Positions 58,817 through 64,000 of a DNA stretch of 64,000 nt are shown one piece after another. The notes below the pieces were generated by a model, which did not search any database, was not told the DNA's origin, and worked only from the letters and a program-made list of their open reading frames with translations. A program made the position numbers and the translations under genes. Source of the stretch: an uncultured Candidatus Saccharibacteria bacterium. GTDB taxonomy: Bacteria > Patescibacteriota > Minisyncoccia > Phycocordibacterales > DATGWK01. Position 1 is the first letter of the stretch. Every line of letters begins with the position of its first letter. The stretch is taken from NCBI GenBank assembly GCA_964428845.1, contig CAYRZH010000003.1, positions 25,884-89,883 of the forward strand. Direction: 5' to 3'.

Positions 58817-60283
58817 ATGGATTACCCGGATCACGACTTTGACTGGAAAGGTTTTGGCTTTGCTTTTAGATGGAGTGCGCTCTGCCTTCTCCTCGGCATC
58901 GCAGCGTATCAAGGCCCCCTTCTTCTTATTCACTACTACCCCACAACAGGACCGGCTTCTGCTGTGACTACGAAAAACAGCGACACTTATTCATCCCCCA
59001 CCCTCACGGCAAGTCCTTCTAGCGTCATCACCAAAAGAGAGATCAATTCTCTTGCTATAGCCGACGTCATTCCCAATGAAGGCAAGCTTATAGTGGCAAA
59101 TCTGGCAGACATGCGGATTTCTCTCTATGACGGAAGTACTGTCGTAGCCGAGTACCCCATCGTCACCAAAGGAAAACCCGGCACACCATGGGAAACCCCG
59201 TCTGGATTTTACGAGATAGAGACAAAGGAGAGAGATCATTACTCGACCATAGGACATGTGTTTATGCCTTACAGTATGCAATTTTACGGAAACTACTTCA
59301 TCCATGGCCGCACTTACTACCCAGACGGGACTCTCACATCGGCAACTTTTTCTGGTGGATGTATCAAGCTAAGTACCGAGGACGCCAAGGAAATTTTCAA
59401 TTTTGCTGAAATCGGTACCAAAGTCTTTGTCTATGACCCAAAGACTAGAGCTGATCTACCGACTCTCAATCTTGGGAAAAAGGATCTACCGGCGATCACA
59501 ACAAGCTCGTACCTGATCGCGGATATAGACACGGGAGACGTCTATGCGGAGCAGGATGCGCAAGTAGTGCGACCGATAGCCTCGATCACAAAGCTCATGA
59601 CCGCGCTTGTAGCAAACGAGACGATAAGTTTCAATAAAAAAATCGAAGTTTCTAGGGGCGGTCTCGAAAACCCTCCAGACACAGAATCATCTTTGAAAAA
59701 AATATTTGTCGTTGGCGACCTTTTCTATCCTTTACTTATGCAATCAAGCAACTCTGTCGCAGATTCTCTAGCTTATTATTATGGAAAAAGTGGTTTTATC
59801 GACTGGATGAATACCACAGCCAAAGCCCTGGGAATGAACTCCACCGTATACGCTGACGCCAGTGGTGCCTCGTCCGGAAACATTTCCACCCCGGACGATC
59901 TCTTCCGTCTTGCCGCCTATCTTGCAGACAAGAAGTCCTTCATTTTCAACATCACACATACCCCAGAGAAAAAAATAGTGGCTATTGATGGATCCATATA
60001 CAACATGAGAAATCTGAACGCCCCTGTAGACACCGAACCATTTATCGGTGGCAAAGCGGGACACACAACCCTCGCCAAGGATACCATGCTCTCTGTTCTT
60101 TCTTTAAAAATCGGCGACCAGACACGCCGAGTAGCGATAATAGTCCTCGGCTCGGACGATCGAGTGGCGGACACCTCTCGTCTCGCAGAATGGATCACTG
60201 CGTCAGCAAAAAGTACGGCGACTCTCACTGCTTGTGCATCCTGTGCAAAACCCTCGTATCGTAAGATTGAGTTGCCGTATTAG
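58817..60283 (+). CDS. Fusion: L,D-transpeptidase (YkuD) domain plus D-alanyl-D-alanine carboxypeptidase (S11/PBP5-like) domain
   Basis: YkuD catalytic HG...SGGCIKL. The downstream half has SITKLMTA (SxxK), SSN and KAG-like (GGKAGHT) motifs. Confidence 0.7.
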   Translation: MDYPDHDFDWKGFGFAFRWSALCLLLGIAAYQGPLLLIHYYPTTGPASAVTTKNSDTYSSPTLTASPSSVITKREINSLAIADVIPNEGKLIVANLADMRISLYDGSTVVAEYPIVTKGKPGTPWETPSGFYEIETKERDHYSTIGHVFMPYSMQFYGNYFIHGRTYYPDGTLTSATFSGGCIKLSTEDAKEIFNFAEIGTKVFVYDPKTRADLPTLNLGKKDLPAITTSSYLIADIDTGDVYAEQDAQVVRPIASITKLMTALVANETISFNKKIEVSRGGLENPPDTESSLKKIFVVGDLFYPLLMQSSNSVADSLAYYYGKSGFIDWMNTTAKALGMNSTVYADASGASSGNISTPDDLFRLAAYLADKKSFIFNITHTPEKKIVAIDGSIYNMRNLNAPVDTEPFIGGKAGHTTLAKDTMLSVLSLKIGDQTRRVAIIVLGSDDRVADTSRLAEWITASAKSTATLTACASCAKPSYRKIELPY

Positions 60284-60299
60284 GAGAAGAGTAGACAAG

Positions 60300-61334
60300 C
60301 TATTTTATAAACCCTCCAGTTTTTACAACATGCTCCACCAGCGTATGTGTATACCCCATCTCGTTGTCGTACCAAGCCATGACTTTCACAAGGTTTCCAT
60401 CAACGACGCGGGTAAAAGCGAGGTCGGCGATCGAGGCAAAGCGGCTACCAACAATATCAGATGAGACAAGCGGCTCTTCGGTGACAGAGAAAATCTTCTG
60501 CCAACGTTTCTCCTTGGCAGCCTTCTTTAAAATTGAATTTACTTCTTGGGTAGTGGTGTCTCTCTTTGCAATAAAAGTGACGTCCACGATCGATCCCACC
60601 ACTACTGGTACTCGAGTGGAAATACCATCAAACTTACCAGCGAGACCACTGAAGGCTTTGGTGACAGCGATCGCTGCCCCGGTAGAAGACGGTACGATGT
60701 TTTGGGCGGCCGCGCGTCCTTCTCTAAAATCTTTCTTGTTGGGAGCGTCTACCAGAGCCTGACTCGCGGTATATCCATGCACAGTATTCAAAACAGCCTT
60801 CTCGATCCCCACAGCTTCGTCGAGAATAGCAATGAGTGGACTGCCAGCATTTGTAGTGCAAGAAGCGTTCGAGGTGATGCTGCACGTCTTGAGTTTCTCT
60901 TCGTTGATGCCAAGAAGGACGGTCGCTCCCGCCACGCCCGCCCCTGGCTCATCTTTCATCGGCGCTGTCACCACTACTTTCTTTGCCCCGGCATCGAGAT
61001 GAACTTTGGAGGATTCGTATGAAGTGTATAGACCGGTGGACTCTACTACCACGTCTATATTGAGAGCCTTCCAAGGAAGTTTGGTCGGATCTTTTTCCGA
61101 AACAAACTTAACTTCTTTCCCATCGATGAGAATAGCTGATTTGTCGTTTTTCACCTCGATTGGAAACTGGCTGACACCGTACGCCGTGTCGTACTTTAAA
61201 AGGTAGGCAATATTTTCTACGTTGCCGATGTCGTTTACTGCCACAAGCTCGATCTCGCTGCGCTCGCGAGCTACTTTTATAAAAGCTCGACCGATCCTAC
61301 CGGCACCATTTACCGCCACCCTAATTGTTTTCAT
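60300..61334 (-). CDS. gap: Glyceraldehyde-3-phosphate dehydrogenase
   Basis: NGAGRIGR Rossmann motif and the active-site ASCTTNA block. Confidence 0.9.
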   Translation of the reverse strand: MKTIRVAVNGAGRIGRAFIKVARERSEIELVAVNDIGNVENIAYLLKYDTAYGVSQFPIEVKNDKSAILIDGKEVKFVSEKDPTKLPWKALNIDVVVESTGLYTSYESSKVHLDAGAKKVVVTAPMKDEPGAGVAGATVLLGINEEKLKTCSITSNASCTTNAGSPLIAILDEAVGIEKAVLNTVHGYTASQALVDAPNKKDFREGRAAAQNIVPSSTGAAIAVTKAFSGLAGKFDGISTRVPVVVGSIVDVTFIAKRDTTTQEVNSILKKAAKEKRWQKIFSVTEEPLVSSDIVGSRFASIADLAFTRVVDGNLVKVMAWYDNEMGYTHTLVEHVVKTGGFIK

Positions 61335-61411
61335 GGGAATTATTATTTTATATTATCTCTTCATTATACCAGAGAGCGAGCACCGAGGTCGCAAGGAAGA
61401 GAGTGAGCAAA

Positions 61412-62434
61412 TTATTCCTCTGTAGAAACCTTTTCCTTCTTCTCCTTAGGAGTAGCAGCATGAGCGCGGCCGTCTACTTCGTAGCTTGTATTTTGAGCTT
61501 CAAAAAAGTTCACCAGTTCAAACACATCTGTGGCGGCGCTCATCCACTTAGCAGGATTTTTGGCGTTATAGTGCTTTGGAAGACCGAGCTCTTCTAGTCT
61601 GCGGTCGGCAACATACTGCACATACTGGTTCACATAATCAGCATTGAGACCCAAAATTCCATTTGGAAAAAGATCTCTATTGTAATCAGTCTCGAGATTC
61701 ACACCCTCTATCACGATGTCACGAATTTCGTTGGCGTAATCTTCGGTTAGGAGTTCTTGGTTTTCCTCCAGAATATTGTGAATAAGATTGATACCAAACT
61801 GCAGATGAAGACTTTCGTCGCGCAGGACCCAGTTGATCATAGAGCCGAAGTTTCGCAGCTTGTTTCGCTGACGAAAAGAAAGAGCCACCATGAAGCCACT
61901 GTAGAACCAGACTCCTTCCATAACGATATTTGTGGCGACAAGATTGCGAATAAAATCCTTCTTTCCTTCGATGGTGGAGATGTCGAGCGTAGTTTCAGTC
62001 ATTCTCCTCATGTATTTGTTTATATAGTCCTCCTTGGCCTTCATCGAAGGAACATTGAGATGAAGATCGAAAATATGTTCGCGGTCAAATGGAAATGTTT
62101 CTAGGACGTATTCAAAGGCCACACAATGGTTGGCCTCTTCCCACATCTGCTTGGCCAAGTAGAGGTGACACTCGGGAGACTTGAGGTATGGATAAATGCC
62201 GAGAGAGATAGAGCGGTTGACGATAAGTTCGGCTGGATTAAAAAAGGCCATGAGAAACTTTACAGCATGACGCTCATCGTCCGTCATTTTTTCAAAATCA
62301 TCAAGATCTTCCTTGAGAGCGATCTCGTGTGGAAACCATGTGTTTCTAACTGCCTGATTGTACAGATCGTATGCCCACTTGTACTTCAGTGGGTGCAAAT
62401 TCATATCATCCGGCGAGGCTTTTCCTATAAGCAT
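61412..62434 (-). CDS. nrdB: Ribonucleotide reductase class I beta (R2) subunit
   Basis: Ferritin-like diiron ligands (EANHCVAF, VMEGVWFYSGF). Confidence 0.85.
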   Translation of the reverse strand: MLIGKASPDDMNLHPLKYKWAYDLYNQAVRNTWFPHEIALKEDLDDFEKMTDDERHAVKFLMAFFNPAELIVNRSISLGIYPYLKSPECHLYLAKQMWEEANHCVAFEYVLETFPFDREHIFDLHLNVPSMKAKEDYINKYMRRMTETTLDISTIEGKKDFIRNLVATNIVMEGVWFYSGFMVALSFRQRNKLRNFGSMINWVLRDESLHLQFGINLIHNILEENQELLTEDYANEIRDIVIEGVNLETDYNRDLFPNGILGLNADYVNQYVQYVADRRLEELGLPKHYNAKNPAKWMSAATDVFELVNFFEAQNTSYEVDGRAHAATPKEKKEKVSTEE

Positions 62435-62443
62435 ATTTTGTTT

Positions 62444-64000
62444 TTACTGACAGCTATCGCAAATAAATTGTTCTTGAGGATCCGTCGGGCCATGCACCTT
62501 TATACCACTTATACCACTACCATTCTCTTGTGGAGAGACGATATCCGTGGTCGGTTTGGAGAAAACTGCCGGAGTAACCGCGACTGGCACCAAACTTGTT
62601 TTTTGTACGGCCTGAACTTCTTGCACAGAGAGAGCTACGGGCATATCTTCTAGATTTATGGCAGTTGGACCAGAAACCACCGGTCGAGAGACTGGAGTCT
62701 CGACGGCCGGCGCCGAAGAGGTAGCCGTAGGAATAGTCGTTTGGAGAGGCATACCGAAAGCTCTCTTCTCCTTTTCTTCATTGGTTTTCTTCCCCAATGA
62801 AGCAATAGCGGCAAACCCAACTTTCCCTATCTTTTTGGCCTTGTTGACGTCCACAGTACTCTGCTCTGCCGTGTGTCGAGGCTTCATGTGTAGATAGTAT
62901 GTAGTTTTTACTCCCTTTTCCCAGGCAGTGCTGTAGATTTTCATCATATCGTCAATATCGCGTGTCTCAAGATACATGTTTCTCGAGAGAGCTTGGTCAA
63001 CCCATTTTTGAGCTCGTGCCGCAACTTCGATATACGCGTATGGATTTGTGGTAAACGAGGTTTTATAAATATTTTTTATATGTTGGGGAATATCATCGAT
63101 ATTTGAGATATCTCCCTGGTTTTCGATGATGGAATTTTTGTTCTTCTCCCAGATACCCATATTCTTCAAATCCTTCACGAGATTGTGGTTTAGATCGAGA
63201 TATTTACCAGAAATTTTGTTCCTAGAAAAGACTTGGGCAAAACGAGGGTCGATCCCTGGGGTTGTCGCCGCAACCAAACCAATATTTGCGTTGGGAGCAA
63301 CAGCCATGAGTGTAGCATTTCTCATGCCCTTCTTTACTTTGGCACGGAGGAGATCCCAATTGAGACCTCGGTGTTTACTTTCTTTAGAAACAGTGAGTGG
63401 TGCACCGCGGTCTTCTTCGAGGGTTTTGATAGTGTCGATTGGCACTTTCCCTTTGGACCATTCTGACCCTAGATAATTTTTGTAGCTTCCGCGTTCGGCT
63501 GCAAGGTTGGCACTTTCGTCGATCGCGATGTAGCTTATAAATTCAAAAATCCTGTCTGCAAAATCCCAAGCATGCTGACTATCGTAAGGCATGCCAAGTT
63601 GCTCGATGGTGTCAGAGAAACCCATAACACCAAGCCCGACGGCTCGATTTTCCTTGTCGGATTTGGCTGCCTCTGGGATCGGTAGAGTATTGATGTCGAT
63701 CAGATTGTCGAGCTGACGAACTGCAAAACGAACGCTTTCTTCGAGTCTAGCCCAATTAATCTCTTTGTTGTTTATATGGGCGGCGAGATTGAGTGATGCG
63801 AGATTGCATACGGCTACATTTTCTTTGTCTTGCGGCAGACAAATCTCTGTGCAGAGATTGGACATGTGAATAGTACCGGTGTTGTTGTTCAGAGCTCTAA
63901 GATTGATCGGATCCTTCCAGGTAAGCCACGGATGTGAGGTGGTCTGGAGAGCCACCAGAATCTGCCTAAATTGCTCACGAGCTGGAACTTTCTTGTACAC
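62444..64000 (-). CDS. nrdA: Ribonucleotide reductase class I alpha subunit, C-terminal 518 aa. The N-terminus lies beyond the window end. Has a Pro/Thr/Val-rich linker before the C-terminal Cys pair.
   Basis: SNLCTEI active-site block, a C-terminal CDSCQ redox-shuttle cysteine pair, and an open frame to position 64000. Confidence 0.85.
   Translation of the reverse strand: MYKKVPAREQFRQILVALQTTSHPWLTWKDPINLRALNNNTGTIHMSNLCTEICLPQDKENVAVCNLASLNLAAHINNKEINWARLEESVRFAVRQLDNLIDINTLPIPEAAKSDKENRAVGLGVMGFSDTIEQLGMPYDSQHAWDFADRIFEFISYIAIDESANLAAERGSYKNYLGSEWSKGKVPIDTIKTLEEDRGAPLTVSKESKHRGLNWDLLRAKVKKGMRNATLMAVAPNANIGLVAATTPGIDPRFAQVFSRNKISGKYLDLNHNLVKDLKNMGIWEKNKNSIIENQGDISNIDDIPQHIKNIYKTSFTTNPYAYIEVAARAQKWVDQALSRNMYLETRDIDDMMKIYSTAWEKGVKTTYYLHMKPRHTAEQSTVDVNKAKKIGKVGFAAIASLGKKTNEEKEKRAFGMPLQTTIPTATSSAPAVETPVSRPVVSGPTAINLEDMPVALSVQEVQAVQKTSLVPVAVTPAVFSKPTTDIVSPQENGSGISGIKVHGPTDPQEQFICDSCQ

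Overview
Low-GC (about 40%), gene-dense bacterial chromosome segment, almost entirely housekeeping genes. I infer a small-genome, CPR/Patescibacteria-like organism from the short aaRS and SMC, the split transketolase, the lysine-rich sigma-70 N-terminus and the very tight gene spacing.

Supported content:
- typA (5' partial), hisS, a DEDD-type exonuclease, a DsbA-like oxidoreductase, and a UvrD-helicase fused to a Cas4/RecB-like nuclease.
- A contiguous rpoB-rpoC-dnaG-rpoD block.
- rpsP, a KH-domain protein and trmD.
- rnr, a short smc, rnc, a NusB-NUDIX fusion, rpmF, rnhB, dnaE, thrS, gyrB, pheST.
- A processive GT2 glycosyltransferase, tRNA-Thr(UGU), tsf, rpsB, prfA, rpmE, rplY.
- A glycolysis / pentose-phosphate block: fba, pfkB kinase, split tkt, rpe, rpiB, gap.
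- An L,D-transpeptidase / D,D-carboxypeptidase fusion, nrdB and nrdA (partial).

Most unusual features:
- Several short high-GC islands (about 60-65% GC) sit inside the AT-rich backbone. Each carries one minus-strand gene with a near-consensus sigma-70 promoter, a strong SD and a GC-rich intrinsic terminator.
- Three of these genes are divergent paralogs of one uncharacterised family. Two of them share a 331-bp segment identical on manual comparison, which points to recent gene conversion.
- A roughly 110-nt hairpin element occurs three times. Its 21-nt arms differ between copies but co-vary to keep pairing.
- Two cassette-like units lie in tandem between the pfkB stop and the tkt 3' end. Each is bounded by the same terminator-like 30-40-mer and a 43-bp copy of the tkt 3' coding end, which looks like site-specific tandem insertion.
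- A 570-bp GC-rich multi-hairpin spacer downstream of gyrB has its own consensus promoter.
- A 58-aa high-GC ORF is driven by a TTGACA-N16-TATAAT promoter.

No CRISPR array, rRNA or transposase was seen.
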